DNA of 64,000 nucleotides, from positions 6,993 through 70,992 of the IMG/VR virus record IMGVR_UViG_3300032330_002024; one strand, given 5' to 3'. Below the pieces are notes generated by a model, which had not been told where the DNA came from, did not search any database, and saw only the letters and a list, made by a program, of their open reading frames with translations. Positions 1-11,072 of the stretch are shown here, in pieces (position 1 is the first letter of the stretch; each line of letters begins with the position of its first letter). The position numbers were made by a program, and so were the translations under genes. This DNA comes from a virus. Lineage: Duplodnaviria > Caudoviricetes.

Positions 1-2
1 TA

Positions 3-3000
3 TATGAAGGTAACCAAGAAGTTTTAAATTTCGGTTTAGCTTCTAAAACATATAGTGATGGTGGTGGTATTGGTGGACAATTTGTATGGGTTTCACCAAA
101 ATATAAAGATAATGCTGGTTATAGACCAACAGTTGGCGGTGGTGTGGGTAGTGCTGACGAAAATTACAATGAAATTAGTAGTGATTACACTCGTAATGAG
201 TCAACAAATATAACATTTAAGGGTAATTCTATTTTAGATAATACCCAAAGATTAATTGATTCGGCGGATAATGTTCAAGGTGTTTCAAGATTAAAACATG
301 TTGGTAACGCTATAAATCAAGTTAGTAAAGTTTTCAATGACGGATACAAAGAAATGACTAAAGGTTCTAAAGTAGTATCTTATATTGATAACACAACAGG
401 ACAGGAAGCTGGTACTGAATATTGTAGGGTATTTGCTAAAGATACTCCATATCTGATGTATAATGATTTACAAAAAACGGATGGTATAACCACTTCAGGG
501 AGAAGAAGTACGTTTTCTGTATTAGATAATACTTTTAATTTAAACATAGCTCCAACAAGAAATCCTGGCTCAACAAACATTATTCAAGGTGGTGATGGTA
601 GTGGTGGATATGTGAAAAAATACATGTTGTCAATTGAAAATTTGGCATGGAAAACATCAAGTAGACCTGGTTTTACTTATGATGACTTACCTGTTTGTGA
701 AAGAGGACCGAATGGTGGTAGAATAATGTGGTTTCCACCATATAATCTAAAATTTAGTGATTCTTCAAATGCTCAATGGAATTCAACATCTTTTTTGGGT
801 AGACCTGAGCCAATTTATACATATAAAGAGACCTCAAGAACGGGAACTCTTTCATTTATGATAATTGTTGATAACCCTTCGGTTACAAATCTTATAGTTG
901 AACAACAACTTAGTGGAAAAGATAAAGGAAGAATTGATTCTGTATTAAATTCTTTCTTTGCGGGATGTGCTAAATTTGACATTTATGAATTAGCAAAAAA
1001 ATTCAATACATTGAAGCCAAGTGATTTGATGACTTATCAAGAAATCATTAATAACCCAAGATTAACTGAGGAAGAACTTGGTGAAATTATTAAAGAGATT
1101 CCTAAAGATAATACAACAACAAATGTAGGTGGGACAGGAACAGATATAGGTAATCCTGAAATAGTAGTTGCTAGTGGGGGAAATAATACTCCCGACCTTA
1201 TAGGTCCTTTTGAAAATCAATTTTTAGAATTTGCGTTTTATTTTGATAACGACATTCCAGGACCAAGTAATAAAGAAACTGCTGACGTAGATTACCTATC
1301 AACTTACAATACGTATACCAATTCTAATAATATTACTACTTATGTTAATAATGCTCACAACATTTTTGTAACAGGTGATACAAATTATAATGTTCAAGAA
1401 TTTTTTGATAATGTTGTTATAAATAACTTTAAAAAAATTACTGAAGGAGAAAATTCATTCGTTCAACAGTCTTATAGATTATTAAATGATAAAATTGTAA
1501 AATCTATCTCAATTGTAATGGAGGGTTCCGCTTCGGCGACTGCGACACCTGAATATAATAAAAAATTATCATTAAGAAGGATTGATTCAATTAAAAAGTA
1601 TCTATCACAACCTATTAATGGGGTTAATTTAGGACCATTTATTGATGCGGGTACTTTTATTATAAAAAGTGAAACAGGATTTGGTGAAGAAATAGTTATA
1701 CCTACATATAGTATTGAGGAGGGGGCTAATGGTACTACTGCGACTACTGTAAATTCAGGAACAGGATTAGATGTTGATTGTAAAAAAGATATTGTAAACA
1801 AAAGTGGTAACGTTACTTCCAGTTCACAAGTTTACGCAGCAAACGCAATGGCTTGTAGAAGAGTTAAAATAAAAAGTATTTCAGTCGAACCAAATGATGT
1901 AGAAAAACCAAACCCTGAAGAAAATGTGGTTAAAGATGTTGTTAGTACAGACGTAACAACTACTACAACTGAGACTGTAAAGGTTCCATTAAGACCACCT
2001 ATACCTGCTCCGACTAAAACAATACAACAAAAATTAAAAGATAGTATTGGTAAACGAGTACTTAGAAATTTATTAACAGAATGTAATTATTTTGAAGTTA
2101 TTAAAGAAAATGTTCCATTTTTATATGATTCATTTAAAGAGAGAATTAAGTATTTTAATCCTGCTTTCCACTCAATGACACCTGAAGGTCTTAACTCAAG
2201 ATTAACATTTCTTAATCAATGTACAAGACCTGGTGAAACAATACCTGTGATTGGTACTGATGGAAAACCAAGAATTAATGATGCGGTTAATACTTCTTTT
2301 GGGGCGCCTCCAGTGTTGGTATTGAGAATTGGTGATTTTTATAATTGTAAAATAATACCTGATGGGGTATCATTTACATACGATTCTTCACTTTTGGATT
2401 TAAACCCTGAAGGTATTGGTGTTCAGCCTATGTTGGTAAATGTTAGTATGAATTTTAAAATGATTGGTGGTCATGGTATTGCGAACCCTGTTGAACAATT
2501 ACAAAATGCTCTTTCGTTTAATTATTATGCTAATACTGAAATTTATGATGAGAGGTCAGTTTGGACTGAAGATACTACGGCTCTTGATAAACAAATTGCT
2601 GATGCATTAGGGTTAGAACCTGAGGTTACGACACCTGTTAATAATGTTGAACCACAACCAACAAATGATGGAGGGTCAACAATAGGTGAAATAATAACAA
2701 ATAAACCTGTTGAAGGGGGTAGTGAAGGTGAAATAAGTTATTTAAAAATAATGGATTCACTCCTAACTGATTCAAAAACATATTTCACTACAATTGTAAA
2801 TAAACTTGAAGAGATAAACACTAAATACAACTATGGTATAGTTCAATTAGTTAACCAAGATAGAAACTTTAAAATAGGGCCATTATCAACATCACAAGAG
2901 AATGAATGTGCGATATATGGTTCTCCATTTAACATTGAGGAAAAATTAGACAGTTTATTTAATCAAATCTATGAAGACATTAATAATGGGACAAATCCAA

Positions 3001-3839
3001 TTATGTATGAATTTATTAATTTAGATTTTAACCCAAGTACTGACACAATTGTTGCTTCTAATATGACAAATTATATTGTTACGGAAATTCAAGATAAAGT
3101 TGCTGGAGATATCTCATTAGTTTTAACAGATATTTTAAATATTGAACAATCATTTATTCAAAATATTAGAAAGGCTAATTTAATAGTTGAAAAACATGAC
3201 GGAAAAAAAGGTTTAAATAATTTACCATTAATTTACACATTAACATCAACTGATAATGTAAGTCCAACAACAGTGTCAAGTGCTACAAATACATTTGACG
3301 AATTGGAAGATGACCTTATTGATTTTGGAGTAACAATGGATAAGTTTAATGATTATTTAATTGAAAATGACATTATTACCGAATCTTATGATGGACCGGG
3401 TGAAATTCGACTTAAAAAAATAGAAGATACTGATATATCTAATAACTGTTTCTTTATGATATTAGGTAGAATTCTTTCACAAGACTCAAAGAAAGACGAA
3501 TTTATAAACGCTTGTTTAAAAGGTATTTCAGATATCAATGAACCTTATAGTTTAGAAAATAAGTTTAAAAAAATAGTTAATGATTTATCATCATCCTACA
3601 GAAGAGAAATTGAAAAAGAGGAAGAATTTTTCCAAGATTTTAAAAAACAAAATGAATATAAAGATTATGTTGATGGTGTTGAAGAGAAAATGTATAAGTC
3701 AGGAAAGACAAGAAAGTTCACATTCTCAACAGTTACACCGGCAGATGCTGCTGTAGAAGAACAATTCCAACAATTGTATGATGGTGAAAATCACGGTGGT
3801 GATGACACATATTTAGGTAAGGTTAAATTAACAAGTTAA
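3..3839 (+). CDS. Baseplate/tail-tube initiator-like protein (gp48/gp54/Afp7-type tube fold) with inserted OmpA-like domain; 5'-truncated by the window
   Basis: Frame is open from nt 3 (YEGNQEVLNF...) into the tracked ORF at 144. Tube-fold motifs RIMWFPPY..FSD..W..GRPEPIYTY..TSRTGTLSF and PPVLVLRIGD..VSFTYD..P..VNVSMNF. OmpA-like FYFDND..EGSASA..YNKKLSLRRIDSIKKYL..CRRVKI. Adjacent to LysM and hub genes. Confidence 0.65.
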   Translation, partial: YEGNQEVLNFGLASKTYSDGGGIGGQFVWVSPKYKDNAGYRPTVGGGVGSADENYNEISSDYTRNESTNITFKGNSILDNTQRLIDSADNVQGVSRLKHVGNAINQVSKVFNDGYKEMTKGSKVVSYIDNTTGQEAGTEYCRVFAKDTPYLMYNDLQKTDGITTSGRRSTFSVLDNTFNLNIAPTRNPGSTNIIQGGDGSGGYVKKYMLSIENLAWKTSSRPGFTYDDLPVCERGPNGGRIMWFPPYNLKFSDSSNAQWNSTSFLGRPEPIYTYKETSRTGTLSFMIIVDNPSVTNLIVEQQLSGKDKGRIDSVLNSFFAGCAKFDIYELAKKFNTLKPSDLMTYQEIINNPRLTEEELGEIIKEIPKDNTTTNVGGTGTDIGNPEIVVASGGNNTPDLIGPFENQFLEFAFYFDNDIPGPSNKETADVDYLSTYNTYTNSNNITTYVNNAHNIFVTGDTNYNVQEFFDNVVINNFKKITEGENSFVQQSYRLLNDKIVKSISIVMEGSASATATPEYNKKLSLRRIDSIKKYLSQPINGVNLGPFIDAGTFIIKSETGFGEEIVIPTYSIEEGANGTTATTVNSGTGLDVDCKKDIVNKSGNVTSSSQVYAANAMACRRVKIKSISVEPNDVEKPNPEENVVKDVVSTDVTTTTTETVKVPLRPPIPAPTKTIQQKLKDSIGKRVLRNLLTECNYFEVIKENVPFLYDSFKERIKYFNPAFHSMTPEGLNSRLTFLNQCTRPGETIPVIGTDGKPRINDAVNTSFGAPPVLVLRIGDFYNCKIIPDGVSFTYDSSLLDLNPEGIGVQPMLVNVSMNFKMIGGHGIANPVEQLQNALSFNYYANTEIYDERSVWTEDTTALDKQIADALGLEPEVTTPVNNVEPQPTNDGGSTIGEIITNKPVEGGSEGEISYLKIMDSLLTDSKTYFTTIVNKLEEINTKYNYGIVQLVNQDRNFKIGPLSTSQENECAIYGSPFNIEEKLDSLFNQIYEDINNGTNPIMYEFINLDFNPSTDTIVASNMTNYIVTEIQDKVAGDISLVLTDILNIEQSFIQNIRKANLIVEKHDGKKGLNNLPLIYTLTSTDNVSPTTVSSATNTFDELEDDLIDFGVTMDKFNDYLIENDIITESYDGPGEIRLKKIEDTDISNNCFFMILGRILSQDSKKDEFINACLKGISDINEPYSLENKFKKIVNDLSSSYRREIEKEEEFFQDFKKQNEYKDYVDGVEEKMYKSGKTRKFTFSTVTPADAAVEEQFQQLYDGENHGGDDTYLGKVKLTS

Positions 3840-3841
3840 TT

Positions 3842-4168
3842 ATGGCGAACAAACAATTTTATAATAGATATAACAATTTTCTTATAAATGGTAATCAAAC
3901 TGTGGTTCCTTATATTACGTTACCTTCAAAAACAACTGACAAACGATTCATTTATAAAGTAAACCAAACAAGATTAGATAAAATTTCACAACAATATTAT
4001 AACTCACCTTTTTTTGGATGGTTAATTATGGTTGCAAATCCTGTTTATGGAGGACAAGAATGGAATATACCTGATGGTTCTATATTGACAATTCCTTATC
4101 CTTTGGTAACTTCCTTACAGGACTATAAAACAGCGTTAGACAACCACTTCTTCTATTATGGTAGATAA
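3842..4168 (+). CDS. LysM-domain baseplate protein (P2 gpX / T4 gp53-like)
   Basis: TRLDKISQQYYNSPFFGWLIMVANP...IPDGSILTIP matches the LysM/gpX pattern; lies between tube initiator and hub. Confidence 0.75.
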   Translation: MANKQFYNRYNNFLINGNQTVVPYITLPSKTTDKRFIYKVNQTRLDKISQQYYNSPFFGWLIMVANPVYGGQEWNIPDGSILTIPYPLVTSLQDYKTALDNHFFYYGR

Positions 4169-7100
4169 TTCAGAAAATATTTTAGTAGATTACGATTACA
4201 ATAATATTATTGTTGTTGACCCAAATAAAGTGGTTGATACAAATGGTAATGTTAAAGAAAGATATGTTAAACAAGAAAATTTAGTAATTTATGCTAATTT
4301 AGAATGTAATGTTTTACCAAGAACTAAATTAGCTGTTGGTTCATCTAATACTACAGATATTAAAACTGTTAGTATTGCGAGTATTAATTTTTTAAAACCT
4401 GGTAATAAAGAATTTATGGACATTGGTTATACTAATGAACTAACAGGTTTAAAAAAAGTTAATAAAAATGGTACAGAACAAAACAACCCTAACAACCTAC
4501 AACAAAGTGCTAAAAATGATGATTATTATTTAAATCAGTCATCTAATTTAAATGGAGATGAAAGAGCTTCTGATAATGGTTTATTAGGTATTACTTCGAT
4601 TAACATTAGACAAAATACATCATTTATGTCAACAATTACTGTTGAGTTAGAAGATGTTAGGGGAAAGGCGTTGTTTGAAAGTGGGAATAGTTCCCCATAC
4701 GCCGCATTTTTTAATTTACCATACCCATTGTTCAATTTAACAATTAAAGGTTGGTATGGTAAAGCGTTAAAATTACCGTTAATGTTACAAAACTTTACCT
4801 CAAGATATGATGGTAATAGTGGAAATTTTAAAATTACTTTAACTTTTTACACTTATAAGTTTACAGTATTAACTGAAATTTCTATGGGGGCGATACAAGC
4901 AACTCCCCATATGTATAAGTCAAATGTCACAGTACAAAAACTTAGTGGAGGTCCTAATACAACAACACCTGTACAAGATGTTGTTTATGAACAAGGTTAT
5001 CAAAAAATCAGAGAATTATATAGTGAATATAAAACTAAAGGATTAATACCTGATGATTTTCCAGAAATTACGGTTATACAACTTAAAAATAGAGTTGAAA
5101 ACTTTATTAAAAATGTTTTAGATTCTTTCATAAAACAAAATTTGAATCCATTAAATAACATTCAAGATTATGAAAATCAAATGATTGATTATAAAACTAA
5201 TGTTTATTATGGAAAATCAGTTATTAATCCAGGTTGGTTTGAAAAATACATGGATAAAGACAATTATTATGTCTTAAAAAATAGTGGAATTAAAATTTAT
5301 ACGTTTAAAGCGTTTTATAATACATTAGAAAAACAAACAAATGCTAAGAATAAATTAGAACAAATAATTGGTGATGGTAATAAGTCATTAAATTCTAATA
5401 CAACACTTGGTGAAAATGGAACGTATACCATCAACAATGTAACAAAATCTTCGGCAATTGTTTGTAGTATTAATATTAATGATTTTCAAAAAATTATTCA
5501 AGATGGAGATATTGATTTAACCGAAACATATATTCAAAGAAATGGTGGAGCGATACCAACTACAGAACAACTTAGTGAGTTAGAACAACAACTTAAAGCA
5601 ACTTTAAACTCAGTTGGTTCAATTAATCTGTCAAATGGTGAAACAAACCCAAAGATACCTTTTTATTATTTTGAGGGAGCTGGTAGTTTTTTAGATAAAA
5701 CTAACCAAATTTTAAAATCAGTTAAAATAAAAAAAGAAGAAATACAAACATCATTAACTGACGCTTTGGGCGAAAAATTACAAAGTAAAAATACAGGAAT
5801 TGGATTCGTCCCAACAATAAGAAATGTTTTAGCGGTTATTTTTGCAAATGGTGAGGCTTTCTTAAGATTAATGGAGGATGTTCATTCTAAAGCTTGGGAT
5901 TTAAGAGATGAAAAAGTAAGAAAAAGTGCTATTTTGGGTACTAAACCATCAAGTGATAATTTAAATCCTGGTGAAAATGAAAATACCCCGATATACCCAT
6001 GGCCTCAATATATTGTTGAAACAACAGGGGAGAATGGTAGGGGTAAATATGAAATTAGATATCCTGGTGAATCTGAAGTTATTGACCAAACAAAAGGTTT
6101 TGAATTTCAGTATTGGCCTGAAGTTGAATTTTTAGAAGAATTTGTTAGGGCTTTTACTGAAACTACACAATCTAAAAATCAAACACCACAAGATTTTTCT
6201 AATGAAGAAACTGATATTAAAAGAATTAGTTTTAATGCTATTGAATTTCCTGTGTCAAATGCTGTTTTTTCTAACAAAGAAGAAATTAAATTTTTCTATG
6301 AAATATTTGAAAGATTATTTTTTGTTACAAATTACTCAAGATTAAGTAGGATGAATTTTGATACTGAGTTTTCAGACAAAATAACGTCATTACTTGCTGA
6401 CGGAGAAAAAAATAATTTATTAGTTAGTTTATCTGATGATAATCCGTTTTTAATTCAAAAGTTACAAAATTATGGAATAAATTCATCTAATTTCATTTCA
6501 ATTTTAAGACATTTTTCTAATGATGGTGAAGGACAATCGTGGCAAAATTATATAAGAGGTATTTTTAACACTTCTTATATTAAAAATTTATCTCAAAATT
6601 CAAACTTTGAATTTTTAAATAAAAATATATTAAATGATTCATTATCTAGTCCATTAATCTCCTTAACTAATGAAATTGATTTAATTGAATTAGTTGGAAA
6701 TTCTACTAAATCAAATGTATTTGATTTTTTAGATACATACCCATTCACAAATTTAGATTGGGTAAAAAATAATTTGGCGTATGGAACATCAATATTAACT
6801 GTTGAAAGTAGTTTTGATACTAGAAAAATACTCACATTTAATACTGATAATAAGATAATATCTAATTTTTCGGGTAACACCGGTTCATCCCAAAAAAGAC
6901 CTATTACAAATTTTTTGTGGGGTACAAACCCAACACAACCACTAATAAGTAATACGACTAATTTATCTTCTTTTTATGATTCAAGATTACCTGAAAATCA
7001 GTTAATTACTGAAGGGGATGTTTATTATAATAATTATAGTGGATTTGTTACGAGTACTCAAACGACATCAATGTTCAATACACCATTCTTTGTTAACTCA

Positions 7101-10100
7101 ATACAAGAGGGTGTTAGTAATTTTAGAAATAACGACCCATATCCATATAAAGCGGCTGCGTTTTTGTTTTTGAATAGTTTACCTTTAGCAACATTAAGGG
7201 AAAAATATAAAACATATGAAAACGGAGCGACAACTGATTTAGATTATATATTTGCAACAATTAAAAAATTTGGTGCAATACATAAAGTACCTTACGCTTG
7301 GATATTAAAAATTGGTTCAATTTGGAGTAGATATAAAACTTATGTTGAAACAGGTACTGACTTTTTGAATACTTCTTGGAGTAACTTTAATTATATATCA
7401 AACTATGACCCAATAACCAACTCACCTACAAAACAATATAGTTTAGTCGTTAATGGTGGGGCGATTGATATTATTTTAGAAAAAAATACAGTAATTGGGA
7501 CTGATACTAGTTCATTAATTCATTCGGGATTTTATCCTAAATTAATTAATGACTTCAATGTCTTTTATCAAGGATTTCAAATATATTCAACTTATACTAA
7601 TTCAGATATCCAAGATGGATTTTCTTCAGGTGTGACTCTTAACTATGTTGATAGTGCAATTATAGATTATGCAAATGGTTTTGATGAAAATAATACTGAT
7701 AGAAGTTTAAGAATAATTCCTTGGTCGGTTACTGTTAAGACATTAGATGATAAATTTAATTATGTTATACCATCTCAAGGTTCACCTATAAATCAAGTTA
7801 AATTTGAATGTTTTAGTAATGGACAAATAAAACAAGAGGTTTTAGGTAATCAATCAATGTATAATGGTTCAATTAGAACCTATTGGTCATCACCTCAGTA
7901 TGGTTATTTTGATATTTCTAAAATAACAAAACCAAGTCCTGAACAGTATTTAAAAAATATATTATCAACATCAAAAATTCAGGAAAATTTTTCATTCAAT
8001 GGTATTAATAGTTATTATAGTGATATTAGTGAAATTTTTTCAGTATTTGAAAAAGATGTTCTTGATAGATTTGAAAATGAATTTTTAAATTTCTCAAGGT
8101 CAGTATATGATTATAAATCTAATATTGTTTCAGAAGACGATACAGATATTGAGTATTCTATAAAGAATTTTCAATTCTTTATGAGAGAAATGATGAAAGT
8201 GCCATATAGTGGTGGAACAACCGGTACTCAAACAGTCGGAAACACTTCAGATGGTCAATTTATTCAAATAAATAAATTTTTGATACAGTTTTTGGAATAT
8301 GATGTAGTGTTTAAATATGGTAATCCGTCTAATTTTGATAAAAGATTGTTTTACACTTTTTCTAATTTACCAATAACTGAACCATATACTTGGGATTCTT
8401 ATAGAGTATCAACACCAAATGCTTTACCTGTTAATGGAGGGTCTGTTTCTTTATCTCAATCTCAAACAAATTATCCTGATTCTTGGAAAGCACTAAAGAC
8501 GTATGTTGGTTTTTCTAATATACCTGATTTAATTTATAGTAATAATGGTTCATATATAACTGATTTCTTTATTGATTTAGATGTTGCTTTCAGTGTGTCA
8601 AATATTAAGAATTTTGCACCAATTATTAAAATTTATGCAACACAAAAACTTAATCAAAATCAAACAAACGAGATTGTTCCTGAACAAGCACCTCCTGATA
8701 TTTTTAATCCTGATGTTGCAACTGCGAATTTACAAAATGGGGTTAAAATTATTATAAAAAAAGAAAGTGCTTTTCCATATAACCCTAATTTTTATCCTAT
8801 CGCATATAATAGTGATGGTCAAGTTTTATATACTGGGGAAAAAGAAGCACCTTTCCCACCAACTATATGGAATAACTATTGTCAACAATCAATTAACAAT
8901 ACAATTATATTATTATACGGTTCATTATCTACCAATCCTACTGACCCACAATATATTGTAGACCAAGATATACATGCCATTCGTAATTACCCAACAATAC
9001 CAAATCCGTTGAGTAATGAAGGTAATAAGTCATTTACTGAAAGTATGACTGACTATTTACAACAATCAATGTCCTTTCAAGATAAAGTTACAAATAATTT
9101 ATTCACCAGATTAAGATTAGATTTACCTAAAGTTACAATTAATAATTATAGAACACTAAATTCAAAATTAGATGGTGATTTAACTAAAAGAGATTTATGG
9201 GAATCTTTTAAAGCGACAAATGATAAATGGATTTCCGGTAATGATTTTAAAAATAAAACATTATTTGAAGATGTTCTTTTTTTAGATAGAGCTTCACGAG
9301 ATATTGGTAATAAAGTTATAATTGACATATACAAGTTAAAAGAAAGATTGACTAACATCAATCCTAAAACTAACATGTTAACATATGTTCAATCGATTAT
9401 AGAAGAGAACCACTTTGTGGTTATGAATGTTCCATCATATATGAATTTTTATAATGTTCAAGACGCCACCAAAAATCCTGTACCAAAAATAGAAGGTGTT
9501 GGAGATTTTGCTAATAGTCTTTTTGGTACGTTTATGAACGTTGATTATAGAAATTCGTCTTCAAAATTAGTATGTTTTTACGGTGGTAAACCAAGTGAAC
9601 ACTTAGCGGTAAATAACGTTGATTATAAATTTAAAGATGATGGTTTTGATTTGAAAAAAGATAATCCGTTAATTGAAAATCAAGTTGATAAGAAAGATTG
9701 GGATAAATCAAATAGAGTTGTTGGTTTTAATATTGATATAGGTACTCAAAACCAACAAATTTTTCATGGATTTTCTCTTTCACAAGATGCTGGATTATCT
9801 ACCGCTGAGAGTATTCAAATTCTTAATGATATGACTGCTCAGGCAGGTAATAGACAGGCGGCAACACAAAACATAAGTTTATATAATTTATATAAAACTA
9901 GAAGTTACAAGTGTACAATTAATATGATGGGTAATGCCATGATACAACCAACAATGTACTTTAATTTAAGATATGTTCCTATGTTTAGTGGTCCTTATAT
10001 GATTTTATCGGTTGACCATACAATATCACAAGGTAGTTTTGAAACAGTTTTGACTGGTATAAGACAAACAATATATTCATTACCACAATTAGATGATTAT

Positions 10101-10799
10101 TTACAAACATTGAAAGTTAATTTATTGCAATCTATTATTGAAACAACAATGACTCAAGAAAGACAAAATTCTACAACGGCTACGACTCAATCTTCAGGTA
10201 GTGTACTTACAGATAATGCTTTAATAGGTTCATCAAATACCCAAGATAATACCCAAGTTTCAACCGCTATAAATGAGGCTTGTAAACCAACTGAAAAATA
10301 TTCATCATACACCCCAATTGACGGTCCTACAAAAACTGAAATAAGTTATTTGGATATGTATAATACTATTACTTCATTAACAACAAATAAAACTTTACAG
10401 TATTTAATTTTTTCAAGTTTTTATATTACATCAAGTAAACAAGCTAATTTTAGTACTTATGAAAATAATTTCGCAGGTATTACTATTAATCAATATTGGG
10501 CAAATACTGGAGACGCTTATTTTAGTTCTGATAGGAAATTTTATTGTTCAGTTAACAATAAACCTTACGCTAAATTCTCAAGTGTTGAAAATGCTATACA
10601 ATTTTTAATTGGTAGGTGGTCAGGAAGAATTGGAACATTAACAGTTACTGATGAAAATTTGGCGAAGTTTTGGGCAATTAACGCTAACCGAGCCGAGGCT
10701 GATGAAAATAAGTGGAATAATATATCTCAGGAAACTAAAGACATTTTAATTAATGATATTAATGAAGCGGTTACTATATTCAACGCAATGGAATTATAA
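4158..10799 (+). CDS. Giant baseplate hub protein (gp27/gpD-like) with C-terminal glucosaminidase-like domain
   Basis: N-terminal GITSINIRQ..ITVELEDVRG. C-proximal hub signature CTINMMGNAMIQPTMYFNL..FSGPYMILSVDHTISQGSFETVLTGIR. Terminal ENNFAGI..YAKFSSVENAI. Follows the LysM gene. Confidence 0.65.
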   Translation: MVDNSENILVDYDYNNIIVVDPNKVVDTNGNVKERYVKQENLVIYANLECNVLPRTKLAVGSSNTTDIKTVSIASINFLKPGNKEFMDIGYTNELTGLKKVNKNGTEQNNPNNLQQSAKNDDYYLNQSSNLNGDERASDNGLLGITSINIRQNTSFMSTITVELEDVRGKALFESGNSSPYAAFFNLPYPLFNLTIKGWYGKALKLPLMLQNFTSRYDGNSGNFKITLTFYTYKFTVLTEISMGAIQATPHMYKSNVTVQKLSGGPNTTTPVQDVVYEQGYQKIRELYSEYKTKGLIPDDFPEITVIQLKNRVENFIKNVLDSFIKQNLNPLNNIQDYENQMIDYKTNVYYGKSVINPGWFEKYMDKDNYYVLKNSGIKIYTFKAFYNTLEKQTNAKNKLEQIIGDGNKSLNSNTTLGENGTYTINNVTKSSAIVCSININDFQKIIQDGDIDLTETYIQRNGGAIPTTEQLSELEQQLKATLNSVGSINLSNGETNPKIPFYYFEGAGSFLDKTNQILKSVKIKKEEIQTSLTDALGEKLQSKNTGIGFVPTIRNVLAVIFANGEAFLRLMEDVHSKAWDLRDEKVRKSAILGTKPSSDNLNPGENENTPIYPWPQYIVETTGENGRGKYEIRYPGESEVIDQTKGFEFQYWPEVEFLEEFVRAFTETTQSKNQTPQDFSNEETDIKRISFNAIEFPVSNAVFSNKEEIKFFYEIFERLFFVTNYSRLSRMNFDTEFSDKITSLLADGEKNNLLVSLSDDNPFLIQKLQNYGINSSNFISILRHFSNDGEGQSWQNYIRGIFNTSYIKNLSQNSNFEFLNKNILNDSLSSPLISLTNEIDLIELVGNSTKSNVFDFLDTYPFTNLDWVKNNLAYGTSILTVESSFDTRKILTFNTDNKIISNFSGNTGSSQKRPITNFLWGTNPTQPLISNTTNLSSFYDSRLPENQLITEGDVYYNNYSGFVTSTQTTSMFNTPFFVNSIQEGVSNFRNNDPYPYKAAAFLFLNSLPLATLREKYKTYENGATTDLDYIFATIKKFGAIHKVPYAWILKIGSIWSRYKTYVETGTDFLNTSWSNFNYISNYDPITNSPTKQYSLVVNGGAIDIILEKNTVIGTDTSSLIHSGFYPKLINDFNVFYQGFQIYSTYTNSDIQDGFSSGVTLNYVDSAIIDYANGFDENNTDRSLRIIPWSVTVKTLDDKFNYVIPSQGSPINQVKFECFSNGQIKQEVLGNQSMYNGSIRTYWSSPQYGYFDISKITKPSPEQYLKNILSTSKIQENFSFNGINSYYSDISEIFSVFEKDVLDRFENEFLNFSRSVYDYKSNIVSEDDTDIEYSIKNFQFFMREMMKVPYSGGTTGTQTVGNTSDGQFIQINKFLIQFLEYDVVFKYGNPSNFDKRLFYTFSNLPITEPYTWDSYRVSTPNALPVNGGSVSLSQSQTNYPDSWKALKTYVGFSNIPDLIYSNNGSYITDFFIDLDVAFSVSNIKNFAPIIKIYATQKLNQNQTNEIVPEQAPPDIFNPDVATANLQNGVKIIIKKESAFPYNPNFYPIAYNSDGQVLYTGEKEAPFPPTIWNNYCQQSINNTIILLYGSLSTNPTDPQYIVDQDIHAIRNYPTIPNPLSNEGNKSFTESMTDYLQQSMSFQDKVTNNLFTRLRLDLPKVTINNYRTLNSKLDGDLTKRDLWESFKATNDKWISGNDFKNKTLFEDVLFLDRASRDIGNKVIIDIYKLKERLTNINPKTNMLTYVQSIIEENHFVVMNVPSYMNFYNVQDATKNPVPKIEGVGDFANSLFGTFMNVDYRNSSSKLVCFYGGKPSEHLAVNNVDYKFKDDGFDLKKDNPLIENQVDKKDWDKSNRVVGFNIDIGTQNQQIFHGFSLSQDAGLSTAESIQILNDMTAQAGNRQAATQNISLYNLYKTRSYKCTINMMGNAMIQPTMYFNLRYVPMFSGPYMILSVDHTISQGSFETVLTGIRQTIYSLPQLDDYLQTLKVNLLQSIIETTMTQERQNSTTATTQSSGSVLTDNALIGSSNTQDNTQVSTAINEACKPTEKYSSYTPIDGPTKTEISYLDMYNTITSLTTNKTLQYLIFSSFYITSSKQANFSTYENNFAGITINQYWANTGDAYFSSDRKFYCSVNNKPYAKFSSVENAIQFLIGRWSGRIGTLTVTDENLAKFWAINANRAEADENKWNNISQETKDILINDINEAVTIFNAMEL

Positions 10800-10823
10800 G
10801 AATAATTTTTATTATATCACAGA

Positions 10824-10830
10824 TATTTAT
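10824..10830 (+). promoter_or_regulatory. TATTTAT motif, candidate late promoter
   Basis: 13 nt before ATG 10844; recurrent sense-oriented intergenic motif. Confidence 0.5.
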
Positions 10831-10843
10831 TAAGAAAAAGTAT

Positions 10844-11068
10844 ATGACAACCAAACAAATTTTAGATAATTATTTAGGTAAAAACACTCGAATTACAGAA
10901 AGAGACTCTGGTAATGGGTATAAAGAAGTTTGTGATTTAGACACAGGTGATTGTTTCACAGTTAGAATGAAAGATGGTCTAATAGAAAGATTTGATAATT
11001 CAGTACAAAAATCAAAAAAAATCCAAGTTGAAACAACTACAGGGATTAAACAACTATTAAATGGTTAA
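10844..11068 (+). CDS. Hypothetical protein (74 aa)
   Basis: Fills the gap on the coding strand, A-rich leader, CDLDTGDC motif. Confidence 0.7.
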   Translation: MTTKQILDNYLGKNTRITERDSGNGYKEVCDLDTGDCFTVRMKDGLIERFDNSVQKSKKIQVETTTGIKQLLNG

Positions 11069-11072
11069 GAAT

